From the NCBI GenBank assembly GCA_011523395.1, contig WTGW01000032.1:1-61880 (forward strand): DNA of 61,880 nt. Reading direction: 5' to 3'. Below, in pieces: positions 47,939 through 56,390 of this stretch. The notes beneath the pieces were generated by a model. That model searched no databases and had not been told where the DNA came from. It was given only the letters and a program-made list of their open reading frames with translations. Position numbers and translations under genes: made by a program. The stretch is from Acidimicrobiia bacterium (GTDB lineage Bacteria; Actinomycetota; Acidimicrobiia; Spongiisociales; Spongiisociaceae). Each line of letters starts with the position of its first letter. Position 1 is the stretch's first letter.

Positions 47939-49218
47939 CAACGCTCCGCCTGAGGCACGTAGTCTCGTTGTGAGTAGCCGGTGTATATCTGGCGCGGGCG
48001 CTTGAGCGGGGCGCTCGAGGACTCCCTCATCTCCCGCAACTGCGCCAGCCATCCCGGTAGCCGGCCCAGGGCGAACAGCACGGTGAACATCTCGCTGGGG
48101 AAGCCCATGGCCTGGTAGATGATGCCCGAGTAGTAGTCCACGTTGGGGTAGATGCGCCGCCGGATGAAGAAGTCGTCCGCCAAGGCCTCCTGCTCCAGCT
48201 TCAACGCCAGGTCCAGGAGGGGATTGCTCTGGTTGTCGAGCAGGGCGCGGGCGTGCCGCTTGATGATCAGCGCCCGGGGATCGAAGTTCCTGTAGACCCG
48301 GTGTCCGAAGCCCATGAGCCGGAAGGGGTCGCTCCGGTCCTTCGCCCGGTCCAGGAACAGCGTGGTGTCCCCGCCGGCGGCCCTGATGTCCTCCAGCATC
48401 TCGATGACCCGCTGGTTGGCGCCGCCGTGGAGGGGACCCGACAGCGCCAGAACGCCGGCGCATATCGAGGAGAACAGGTCGGTCTGACCCGACCCGACCA
48501 GCCGGACCGCCGAGGTGGAGAGGTTCTGGCCGTGGTCGGCGTGGAGGATCAGCAACGCCTCCATCGCCTGGACATGGGCCGGGTTGAGCTCGTACCCCGC
48601 GCCGCCGGGGTTGAAGGTCATGTTGAGGAAGTCGGCCGCGTAGCCGAGTCCCGGGTCGGGATCGATATAGACCCGGTCCCGGTCGCTGCGGTGCGACCAG
48701 GCCACCAGCGCAGGCATCATCGCCACCAGGCGGGTAGCAGCCAGCCGGTTGGCCTCCACCTCTTCGGAACCTCCCGTTCCCGGGTAGTAGGCGCCCAGGA
48801 GGGCGATCGCGGTGGCGATCTTCTGCATCGGATGGGTGCCGGCCGGGAACGCCTCCAAGACCTTCTCGAACCCGTCGGGCAGGGCTCGGTACTCCGCGAT
48901 ACGACTCTCGAAGGCCGCCATCTGATCGGGGGTGGGAAGCTCGCCCCGGTCCAGCAGGTAGGCCACCTCCAGGAACGTGGAGTTCCCGACCAACTGGTCC
49001 ACCGGATAGCCGCGGTAGCGGAGGATCCCTGCTTCGCCGTCGATGAACGAGACCTCGCTGGAGGTCTCGGCGGTGTTCCCGTATCCCGGATCGAGGGTGA
49101 CCATCCCGGTGGCGGCGCGGAGACCCCGGATGTCGAGCGCCCGCTCGCCCTCCGTTCCCGATGCGATCCGTAGGTCGATCGCGTCCTCACCATCGACGCG
49201 GATTGTCGCCTTCTCCAT
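47938..49218 (-). CDS. gltA: Citrate synthase
   Basis: 426 aa with GPLHGGANQ and GFGHRVYRNFDPRA active-site motifs. RBS aggaggga upstream. Confidence 0.93.
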   Translation of the reverse strand: MEKATIRVDGEDAIDLRIASGTEGERALDIRGLRAATGMVTLDPGYGNTAETSSEVSFIDGEAGILRYRGYPVDQLVGNSTFLEVAYLLDRGELPTPDQMAAFESRIAEYRALPDGFEKVLEAFPAGTHPMQKIATAIALLGAYYPGTGGSEEVEANRLAATRLVAMMPALVAWSHRSDRDRVYIDPDPGLGYAADFLNMTFNPGGAGYELNPAHVQAMEALLILHADHGQNLSTSAVRLVGSGQTDLFSSICAGVLALSGPLHGGANQRVIEMLEDIRAAGGDTTLFLDRAKDRSDPFRLMGFGHRVYRNFDPRALIIKRHARALLDNQSNPLLDLALKLEQEALADDFFIRRRIYPNVDYYSGIIYQAMGFPSEMFTVLFALGRLPGWLAQLREMRESSSAPLKRPRQIYTGYSQRDYVPQAER

Positions 49219-49236
49219 GAGCTGCGCTCGTCCCTC

Positions 49237-51285
49237 CTACTCGGCCGCGGCCTTGGCCGCCGCCACCACCCGCTGCACTTCCTGCGGGGGAGCGGGCTCG
49301 TAGCGGGCGAACTCGATGTCGAAGGATCCACGTCCTCCGGTCATCGACCGCAGATCCACGGAGTAGCGCTGCACCTCGGCCATCGGGACCTCCACCTTCA
49401 GGACCCGGCTCCGTCCGTCGGCGTCCATCCCGAGCACCCGTCCCCGCTTGGCGTTGATGTCACCGATCACGTCACCCATGTAGTCCTCGGGCACCCGGAT
49501 GGTGACCACGGCGATGGGTTCGAGGATGGTAGCCCGCAGGTCGGAGGCCGCCGCCCGGACGGCCATGATCCCCGCCATCCGGAAGCTGAGCTCATCGGAG
49601 TCGACCGAGTGGTACTTGCCGTCATAGACGGTGGCCCGGACATCGATGACGGGGTACCCTGCCAGGATGCCCCGCTCGAGGGCCTCCCGGATCCCCTTGT
49701 CGACCGCCGGGATGAGGCTCCGGGGGATGGATCCGCCCTTGATCTGATCGACGAACTCGTAGCCCTCGCCTCGCTGGTTGGGCTCGAACCGCACGTAGGC
49801 CACGCCGAACTGGCCCCGCCCGCCCGACTGCTTCTTGTGCTTGCCCTCCGCGTCGGCCCGCCCCTGGATGGTCTCCCGGTAGGGAATGCGCGGCACGCCC
49901 GTGTCGACCTCGACCCCGAAGAGCCGCGCCACCTTGGCCAGCGTGACGCTGACATGGGCCTCCCCGAGGCCGGAGAGGACCGTCTCGCTGGTCTCGGCGC
50001 GTCGCTCCACCATGATGGTGGGATCCTCCTCCTGGATGCGGGCCAGGGCGGTCGAGAGCTTGTCCTCGTCCTGGGTGGAGCGGGGCGATACCGTCACCTC
50101 GTGTACCGGGCGGGGCACCCGGACCGGTGCGATCTCGGTAACGCATCCGGGGGCCCTCAGGGTGTCGCCGACCCGCAGGCGGTCGAGCTTGGCCACCGAT
50201 CCGATGGACCCGACCGTCGCTTCCGGCAGCCCGGTGTGCTCCTTACCCTGGAGCGAGAAGAGGCTGGACATCTTGAGCTTGTCCCCGCCGCGGTTCTCGA
50301 GCACGGTGTCGGGCTTGAACGAGCCCGAGAAGACCCGGAAGGTGTTGACCCGGCCCACGTACTGATCCCCTGACGTCTTGAACGTGTAGGCCACCGCCGG
50401 GCCGTCCGCATCGGGAGCCAGCTCGCCGGTCAAGGTCGCGGGCATGGTCCGCTCCAGGGGATCGGGGCCGAAGTCGACCACGAACTCGGCCAGGGTGTCG
50501 ATTCCCACCAGCGAGCCCGCGGAACCCACCAGGACCGGGAAGATGTCTCCCGCCAGCATCCCGTCGTGGATGACCTCCACCATCCGGTCCGCAGACGGCT
50601 CCTCGCCCTCGAAGTAGGCCTCGAGCAGGTCGTCGTCGGTCTCCACCACCGATTCCACGAGCGCTGACCGGGTCTCTTCGAAAGCCTCGGCAACCTCGGG
50701 AGGAACGTCGGTGGCCGCGCCCTCCGTCCGGCCCGATTCGTAGCGGTAGGCGCGACCCGACACCAGCCTGACCACCCCGCTCAGGCTCTGCTCCTCGCCG
50801 ATCGGTATCTGGATGGGAGCGATGCGCTTGCCGAAGGCCTCCACGAGTTCGTCCAGGGTGCGGGAGAACGAGGCGCGGTCCCGGTCGAGCTTGTTGACGA
50901 ACACCACCCGGGGAATGCCCTCCAGGCGGGCGGCCTCCCAGAGGATCTCGGTCTGCACCTCGACTCCGTCCACGGCGGAGACCACGAACACGGCCAGGTC
51001 CACGGCTCGCAGCGCCGCCAGCGCCTCACCCACGAAGTCGGCATACCCGGGGGTGTCGATGAGGTTGACCCGGGTCCCGTTGTGATCGAAGGACGCCACC
51101 CCGAGCCCCAGCGAACTCTGGCGCTCGATCTCCTCGGGCTCGTGATCCATGACCGTGTTGCCGGCATCTACGGAACCGATGCGGTTGATCTCGCCGGCGT
51201 TGAAGAGGAGGGCCTCGGCGAGGGAGGTCTTACCGGAACCTCCGTGGCCGAACAGGCCCACGTTTCGAATGTTCTCCGGTCGCAT
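49237..51285 (-). CDS. Elongation factor G-like GTPase (EF-G paralog)
   Basis: G domain IRNVGLFGHGGSGKTSL, DTPGYADF, NKLD. Five-domain EF-G architecture with a divergent P-loop, as in actinobacterial EF-G-like paralogs. Start set at ATG 51285. Confidence 0.85.
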   Translation of the reverse strand: MRPENIRNVGLFGHGGSGKTSLAEALLFNAGEINRIGSVDAGNTVMDHEPEEIERQSSLGLGVASFDHNGTRVNLIDTPGYADFVGEALAALRAVDLAVFVVSAVDGVEVQTEILWEAARLEGIPRVVFVNKLDRDRASFSRTLDELVEAFGKRIAPIQIPIGEEQSLSGVVRLVSGRAYRYESGRTEGAATDVPPEVAEAFEETRSALVESVVETDDDLLEAYFEGEEPSADRMVEVIHDGMLAGDIFPVLVGSAGSLVGIDTLAEFVVDFGPDPLERTMPATLTGELAPDADGPAVAYTFKTSGDQYVGRVNTFRVFSGSFKPDTVLENRGGDKLKMSSLFSLQGKEHTGLPEATVGSIGSVAKLDRLRVGDTLRAPGCVTEIAPVRVPRPVHEVTVSPRSTQDEDKLSTALARIQEEDPTIMVERRAETSETVLSGLGEAHVSVTLAKVARLFGVEVDTGVPRIPYRETIQGRADAEGKHKKQSGGRGQFGVAYVRFEPNQRGEGYEFVDQIKGGSIPRSLIPAVDKGIREALERGILAGYPVIDVRATVYDGKYHSVDSDELSFRMAGIMAVRAAASDLRATILEPIAVVTIRVPEDYMGDVIGDINAKRGRVLGMDADGRSRVLKVEVPMAEVQRYSVDLRSMTGGRGSFDIEFARYEPAPPQEVQRVVAAAKAAAE

Positions 51286-51344
51286 CCTCCTCCGCTTCCT
51301 TGTGGGGCATCCGAGTGTAGGCAATCATACGATGCTTCCCGTCT

Positions 51345-51974
51345 GTGGTAGCTTCCCGAGCGGAAGGAGCCACCGTGATCGAAGTCTGGGCCCGCGAGCA
51401 TGTCGAGAAAGTGGTGGCGCCTATCGGACGTGGCCTGGCCCGCCTCGGGGTGCGACCCGCCCACCTGACCGTGACGGGGCTGGTGGTCACCCTGGTCGGA
51501 TCGACCCTGCTGGCCACCGGCAGCGTGGTCATCGGCGCCCTGGTCATCCTGGGCGGCTCGGCTCTCGACGGGTTGGACGGGTCGGTTGCCCGGGCGTCGG
51601 GATCGGACTCACCCCGGGGTGCGCTGCTCGACTCCGTATTCGATCGTATCGGCGAGACGGCCATGTTCGCGGCCTGCTCCTTCTGGCTTACCTCCCGACT
51701 CTCGCCCGACGAGGGCGACCCTGCCCTCGTCGTGCTCTGCGTCCTGAGCCTGGGCGCATCTCTGGTCATCTCCTACCTCCGGGCCAAGGCCGACATCGGG
51801 CGGGTGGAGGGTCGGGGCGGCTTGATGGGCCGGGCGGAGCGGGTCATCCTCTTCGCGGCCGGGTTCATCTTCGATCAGGTCACGGTCATGCTGTGGCTGA
51901 TGGCCATCCTCACCTGGCTAACCGTCTTCCAGCGGTTCTTCAAGACCTGGCGGCAGCTGTCAGCGGGTGACTGA
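51345..51974 (+). CDS. pgsA1: CDP-alcohol phosphatidyltransferase, probable phosphatidylinositol-phosphate synthase
   Basis: Motif DGLDGSVARASGSDSPRGALLDSVFDR. Heads a pgsA1-acyltransferase-pimA cluster as in mycobacteria. Confidence 0.75.
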   Translation: MVASRAEGATVIEVWAREHVEKVVAPIGRGLARLGVRPAHLTVTGLVVTLVGSTLLATGSVVIGALVILGGSALDGLDGSVARASGSDSPRGALLDSVFDRIGETAMFAACSFWLTSRLSPDEGDPALVVLCVLSLGASLVISYLRAKADIGRVEGRGGLMGRAERVILFAAGFIFDQVTVMLWLMAILTWLTVFQRFFKTWRQLSAGD

Positions 51975-52872
51975 CCTGCTCACCTACCTGACCTACCGGG
52001 CAGGCGCGGGGATCTTCGGAGCTCTACCCGAACCGATCGTCCGCCACCTGGGTCGCTGGGCAGGCCGGCTCTGCTGGCTCTGGGCGGGGGAGCGCAAGGC
52101 CATGGCGATCCGGCACATGGGAAGGGTGTTCGGCCGGAGCGATGGGCCGGCGGTGGAGCGAGCGGCCCGGGAGGTGTTCAGCGCCTACGGTCGCTACTGG
52201 GCGGAGACGCTCTGGTTCCGCCCGCGGCGGGCCGAGGTGGTGAGGTCGCGGGTGACACTGATCGGGCTGGAACACGTCCGGGCGGCCCAGGAGTCCGGGA
52301 GGCCGATCGTGGCGGCGCTTCCCCACGTGGGCAACTGGGAGTTGGCGGGCACCTTGGCAGGGGATGCGGGAGTCCGGATCACCGCCGTGGCGGAGGCGCT
52401 GGCCAACCGCCGCCTGGCCCGGTGGTTCACCGGCATGCGGGCCCAACTCGGCATCCGGGTGGTGCTGGCGGAAGGCCTGTCCACGATGCGGGCACTGCGC
52501 AAGGACCTATTGGAGGGACGGGTGATCGCTCTGGTCGCCGACCGTAACATCGGCGGGCGCGGCGTGGAAGTGGACTTCTTCGGCGAGAAGACCACCCTGC
52601 CGGCCGGTCCGGCCGCCCTGGCGATCCGCAACGCTGCGGTCCTGCTCCCCGTGGTCTCGTACTTCAAACGGGGTGCTGGTCACCGGGTGGTCGTGCACGC
52701 TCCCATCGAGGATCCCGGTCCGGAGGACCCCGACCGGATGGGCAGCATCACCCAGCAGCTGGCGCACCGGTACGAGGACATGATCCGGGAAGCCCCCACC
52801 CAGTGGCACCTGGTGCAACCCAACTGGCCGTCCGACCATGACTTACTCGAACGGCGCCGGGGGGATGCTTGA
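51967..52872 (+). CDS. Lipid A biosynthesis-type (HtrB/PatA-like) acyltransferase, probable PIM acyltransferase
   Basis: 301 aa with PHVGNWE (HX4D/E-like acyltransferase region). Overlaps both neighbours. Confidence 0.75.
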   Translation: MTDLLTYLTYRAGAGIFGALPEPIVRHLGRWAGRLCWLWAGERKAMAIRHMGRVFGRSDGPAVERAAREVFSAYGRYWAETLWFRPRRAEVVRSRVTLIGLEHVRAAQESGRPIVAALPHVGNWELAGTLAGDAGVRITAVAEALANRRLARWFTGMRAQLGIRVVLAEGLSTMRALRKDLLEGRVIALVADRNIGGRGVEVDFFGEKTTLPAGPAALAIRNAAVLLPVVSYFKRGAGHRVVVHAPIEDPGPEDPDRMGSITQQLAHRYEDMIREAPTQWHLVQPNWPSDHDLLERRRGDA

Positions 52873-53900
52873 GGGTCGCCGTAGTCTCCCCGTACGCCCT
52901 CGACATCCCGGGGGGCGTCCAGCAGCAGGTGCTCGGGCTGGTCGAGCATCTCCGGCGGCTGGGCCAGGAAGCCTTCGCGGTGGGCCCGGCAGCCGGCGCC
53001 GCGGGCGCCAGTGCGGGCCGCCCGGTCATGTTTCCGGTGAACCGCTCCCGCGCGCCCATCGCCCTGTCGCCGATGGCGGTCCGCCGGGTTCGGGCCGCCG
53101 TGGCCGGGGCCGACGTGATCCACGTACACGAGCCGATGGTCCCCCTGGTCGGCTGGGCGGCGCTCCGGACCGGACGACCCACCGTGGTCACCTTCCACGC
53201 CGACCCGTCGCCCATGTTCCGCGCCGCGTACCGATGGGGGAGGGGTCTGGTGCGGCTGTTGCTGGGGGATGTGCTGGCCACGACGGTGAGCCGGACCGCC
53301 CGGCGCGCCGTCGAGCCGCTCGGTCTCGACGTGGTGGAGATCCCCAACGCCGTCGATGTGGGCTCCTTCAGGGTCGAGGCGCAGCGCGATCCTCGCCGGG
53401 TGGCCTTCGTGGGCCGGCCCGACCCTCGCAAGGGCCGGGACCTGCTGCTGTCCGCATGGCCGGCCGTGCGCTCCGAGGTACCGGACGCCCGGCTGGTGAT
53501 AGTGGGTGGCGGGGAGTCACGCCCGGTCGAGGGCGTCGAGTACCTGGGGCGGGTGTCCGAGGCGGAGAAGCGCTCCGTCCTGGCCGGTAGCGGCGTGTTC
53601 TGCGCGCCCAACCGGGGCGGTGAGAGCTTCGGGATAACCGTTGCCGAGGGCATGGCGGCCGGGTGTGCCGTGGTGGCCAGCGACCTCCCCGCATTCGGGG
53701 ACGTCCTCGGCGGGACGGGCCTCGTGTTCAGGAACGGCGACCCGCACGGCCTGGCCGGCGCCCTCAAGGCGGTGCTGGCCGACCCGGGGCTGAGGGAGCG
53801 ACTGGCGGCGGGTTCTTCGGCCCGGGTGGAACGGTACGACTGGGGGAAGGTGATCTCCCGGTACACCGAGCTGTACCGCCTGGCCACCCGCGCTGGATAG
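52869..53900 (+). CDS. pimA: GT4 glycosyltransferase, probable phosphatidylinositol alpha-mannosyltransferase
   Basis: MRVAVVSPYALDIPGGVQQQV N-terminus and C-terminal ESFGITVAEGMAAG (EX7E region). Synteny with pgsA1. Confidence 0.78.
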   Translation: MRVAVVSPYALDIPGGVQQQVLGLVEHLRRLGQEAFAVGPAAGAAGASAGRPVMFPVNRSRAPIALSPMAVRRVRAAVAGADVIHVHEPMVPLVGWAALRTGRPTVVTFHADPSPMFRAAYRWGRGLVRLLLGDVLATTVSRTARRAVEPLGLDVVEIPNAVDVGSFRVEAQRDPRRVAFVGRPDPRKGRDLLLSAWPAVRSEVPDARLVIVGGGESRPVEGVEYLGRVSEAEKRSVLAGSGVFCAPNRGGESFGITVAEGMAAGCAVVASDLPAFGDVLGGTGLVFRNGDPHGLAGALKAVLADPGLRERLAAGSSARVERYDWGKVISRYTELYRLATRAG

Positions 53901-53934
53901 CGCCCTTAAGGGTTGCGCTGAGGCTTGGACACGG

Positions 53935-53940
53935 TAGAAT
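53935..53940 (+). promoter_or_regulatory. Candidate -10 hexamer TAGAAT upstream of pdxS
   Basis: TAGAAT lies 40 nt upstream of the pdxS ATG in an AT-enriched spacer. Confidence 0.3.
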
Positions 53941-53979
53941 ATTCCTGACAACTGGTACTATTGAAAGGACGAATTCGCC

Positions 53980-54882
53980 ATGGAACAGGGCACCAAGGCG
54001 GAGACGACCGGCACGCTGAGGGTCAAGCGTGGCCTGGCCGAGATGCTCAAGGGTGGCGTGATCATGGATGTCGTCAACGCCGACCAGGCGAGCATCGCCG
54101 AGGAATCCGGGGCGGTGGCGGTCATGGCGCTGGAGCGGGTTCCCGCCGATATCCGGGCGCACGGGGGAGTGGCCCGGATGGCCGATCCCAGCAAGGTCCA
54201 GGAGATCATGGAGGCGGTCTCGATTCCGGTCATGGCCAAGGCCCGGATCGGCCACTTCGTGGAGGCGCAGGTGCTCCAGAGCCTAGGTGTCGACTACATC
54301 GACGAGTCCGAGGTCCTCACCCCCGCCGACAACAACCACCACATCGACAAGTGGGCCTTCACCACGCCCTTCGTGTGCGGCGCCCGCAACCTCGGGGAGG
54401 CGCTGCGCCGCATCGCCGAGGGCGCGGCCATGATCCGCACCAAGGGGGAGCCGGGTACGGGCAACGTGGTCGAGGCCGTCACCCATATGCGGCGGATGAA
54501 CCGGGAGATCGCCCAGGCGGCCGCCGCCGGCGACGACCAGATGATGGCCCTGGCCCGCGACATGGGGGCACCGGTCGAACTGCTGCGAGAGGTGGCCGGG
54601 GCGGGCGGCCTACCGGTGGTCAACTTCGCCGCCGGTGGCATCGCCACGCCCTCGGACGCCGCCATGATGATGCAGCTGGGATGCGACGGCATCTTCGTGG
54701 GCTCGGGAATCTTCAAGAGCGGCGATCCCGCTGTCCGGGCCCGGGCGATCGTGGAGGCCACCACCTTCTACCGCGATCCCGAGATCGTGGCCAAGGTGTC
54801 CCGCAATCTGGGCGAGGCCATGGTCGGGATCGAGATCGACGACATACCGGCCGGCCAGCGGATGCAGGAGCGAGGCTGGTAG
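53980..54882 (+). CDS. pdxS: Pyridoxal 5'-phosphate synthase lyase subunit PdxS
   Basis: 300 aa, highly conserved [37 protein letters not shown]. Confidence 0.96.
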   Translation: MEQGTKAETTGTLRVKRGLAEMLKGGVIMDVVNADQASIAEESGAVAVMALERVPADIRAHGGVARMADPSKVQEIMEAVSIPVMAKARIGHFVEAQVLQSLGVDYIDESEVLTPADNNHHIDKWAFTTPFVCGARNLGEALRRIAEGAAMIRTKGEPGTGNVVEAVTHMRRMNREIAQAAAAGDDQMMALARDMGAPVELLREVAGAGGLPVVNFAAGGIATPSDAAMMMQLGCDGIFVGSGIFKSGDPAVRARAIVEATTFYRDPEIVAKVSRNLGEAMVGIEIDDIPAGQRMQERGW

Positions 54883-54902
54883 AGACCGCGCCCGGGGCGC
54901 CG

Positions 54903-55463
54903 GTGGTCGGGGTGCTCGCCCTCCAGGGAGACGTCCGCGAGCACGCCCGGATGGTGGCCGCCTCCGGTGGCGTTCCCCGGGAGATCCGGACGGCCGCCGA
55001 CCTGGAGGGCATCGACGCCCTCATCATCCCGGGAGGAGAGTCGACCACGATCGGGCGGCTCGCCACCCTCTACGGACTGGTCGATCCCCTCCGTAACCGC
55101 ATCGCGGACGGGCTCCCCACCCTCGGCACCTGCGCCGGGATGATCTTCCTGTCCACGGCGGTGACCGGAGGAGACCAGCCCCTGCTGGGAGCGCTCGACA
55201 TGGTGGTGGAGCGGAACGCCTTCGGCCGCCAGAACGAGTCGTTCGAATGCGATCTCGCCGTGGAGGGCTGGAAGGATGCGTTCCCTGCGGTCTTCATCCG
55301 GGCGCCCGTGGTGGAGCGGACCGCCCCCGACATCGAGGTGCTGGCCAGCCACGAGGGCCGGCCCGTGCTGGTAAGAAAGGACCATGTCATGGCGTGCGCC
55401 TTCCACCCCGAGCTCACGGGCGACCAGCGTGTCCACCGGATGCTCATCGACCTAGTGGCCTGA
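54903..55463 (+). CDS. pdxT: Pyridoxal 5'-phosphate synthase glutaminase subunit PdxT
   Basis: VGVLALQGDVREH N-terminus, GTCAGMI catalytic Cys, FHPE. GTG 54903 is proposed as the start. Confidence 0.9.
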   Translation: MVGVLALQGDVREHARMVAASGGVPREIRTAADLEGIDALIIPGGESTTIGRLATLYGLVDPLRNRIADGLPTLGTCAGMIFLSTAVTGGDQPLLGALDMVVERNAFGRQNESFECDLAVEGWKDAFPAVFIRAPVVERTAPDIEVLASHEGRPVLVRKDHVMACAFHPELTGDQRVHRMLIDLVA

Positions 55464-55467
55464 AGTA

Positions 55468-56208
55468 ATGGCCGGTCATTCCAAGTGGGCGAACATCAAG
55501 CACCGCAAGGGCCGGCAGGACGCCGCCCGTGGCAACCTGTTCGCCAAGCTGTGCCGCGCCGTGGAGGCCGCGGCTCGTCAGGGTGGGGGCGATCCGGCGG
55601 GCAACGCCGTGCTGGCCACCGCCATCGACAAGGCCAGGTCCGCCTCGGTGCCCAAGGACAACATCGAGCGGGCCATCAAGCGCGGCACCGGAGAGCTGGT
55701 CGGCGAACGCCTCGACACGTTCTTCTACGAAGGCTACGCGCCAGGGGGAGTGGCGTTGCTGGTGCAGGCGCTCACCGACAACCGGAACCGGGCCGCCTCC
55801 GATATCCGATCAGCCTTCACGAGGAACGGGGGCAACCTCGGCGAGCCGGGTTCCGTCGCCTACCTGTTCGACCAGAAGGGTTACCTTCTAGTAGAAGGTG
55901 ATGAAGACGAGATCTTGATGGCTGCCCTGGAGTCGGGCGCCGAGGACGTACGGCAGAGCGGGGATCAATTCGAGGTGATCACGGCGCCCACCGACTTCCC
56001 GACCGTCCGGGATGCCCTGGCGAGCGCCGAGTTGTCCGTACAGACCGCCGAGATCACCCAGATCCCCTCCGCGACCATTCCGCTGGACGCTTCGGGCGCC
56101 GCCAGGGTCCTGCGCCTGGTGGACACGCTGGACGACCTGGCCGACGTGCAAGGCGTCTACGGCAACTTCGACATCCCCGACGACTACCTGGCCGCTCTGG
56201 CCGAGTAG
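55468..56208 (+). CDS. yebC: YebC/PmpR-family DNA-binding transcriptional regulator
   Basis: MAGHSKWANIKHRKGRQDA N-terminus. The stop codon TAG is contiguous with the left end of the MITE-like element. Confidence 0.93.
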   Translation: MAGHSKWANIKHRKGRQDAARGNLFAKLCRAVEAAARQGGGDPAGNAVLATAIDKARSASVPKDNIERAIKRGTGELVGERLDTFFYEGYAPGGVALLVQALTDNRNRAASDIRSAFTRNGGNLGEPGSVAYLFDQKGYLLVEGDEDEILMAALESGAEDVRQSGDQFEVITAPTDFPTVRDALASAELSVQTAEITQIPSATIPLDASGAARVLRLVDTLDDLADVQGVYGNFDIPDDYLAALAE

Positions 56209-56373
56209 TGGTCTGTCTGTGGAACGGCGGCGTGGTATGGCGTCGGCAGCGGTGTTCCTCGCAAGTTCCGCTGACGAAGGCGTACCCGCAGCGGTACGTC
56301 AAGGCAGCGGAACGCAGCGACGGGACGCCGATGACCGCCAGACCACGCCAGGTTGTTTCGCAGACAGACCACT
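56207..56373 (+). mobile_element. MITE-like non-autonomous element, copy 2
   Basis: Roughly nine in ten positions identical (by eye) to 710-874, with the same terminal inverted repeats and TA on both flanks. Confidence 0.85.
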
Positions 56374-56390
56374 AGAAGGTCCCCGCCGGA

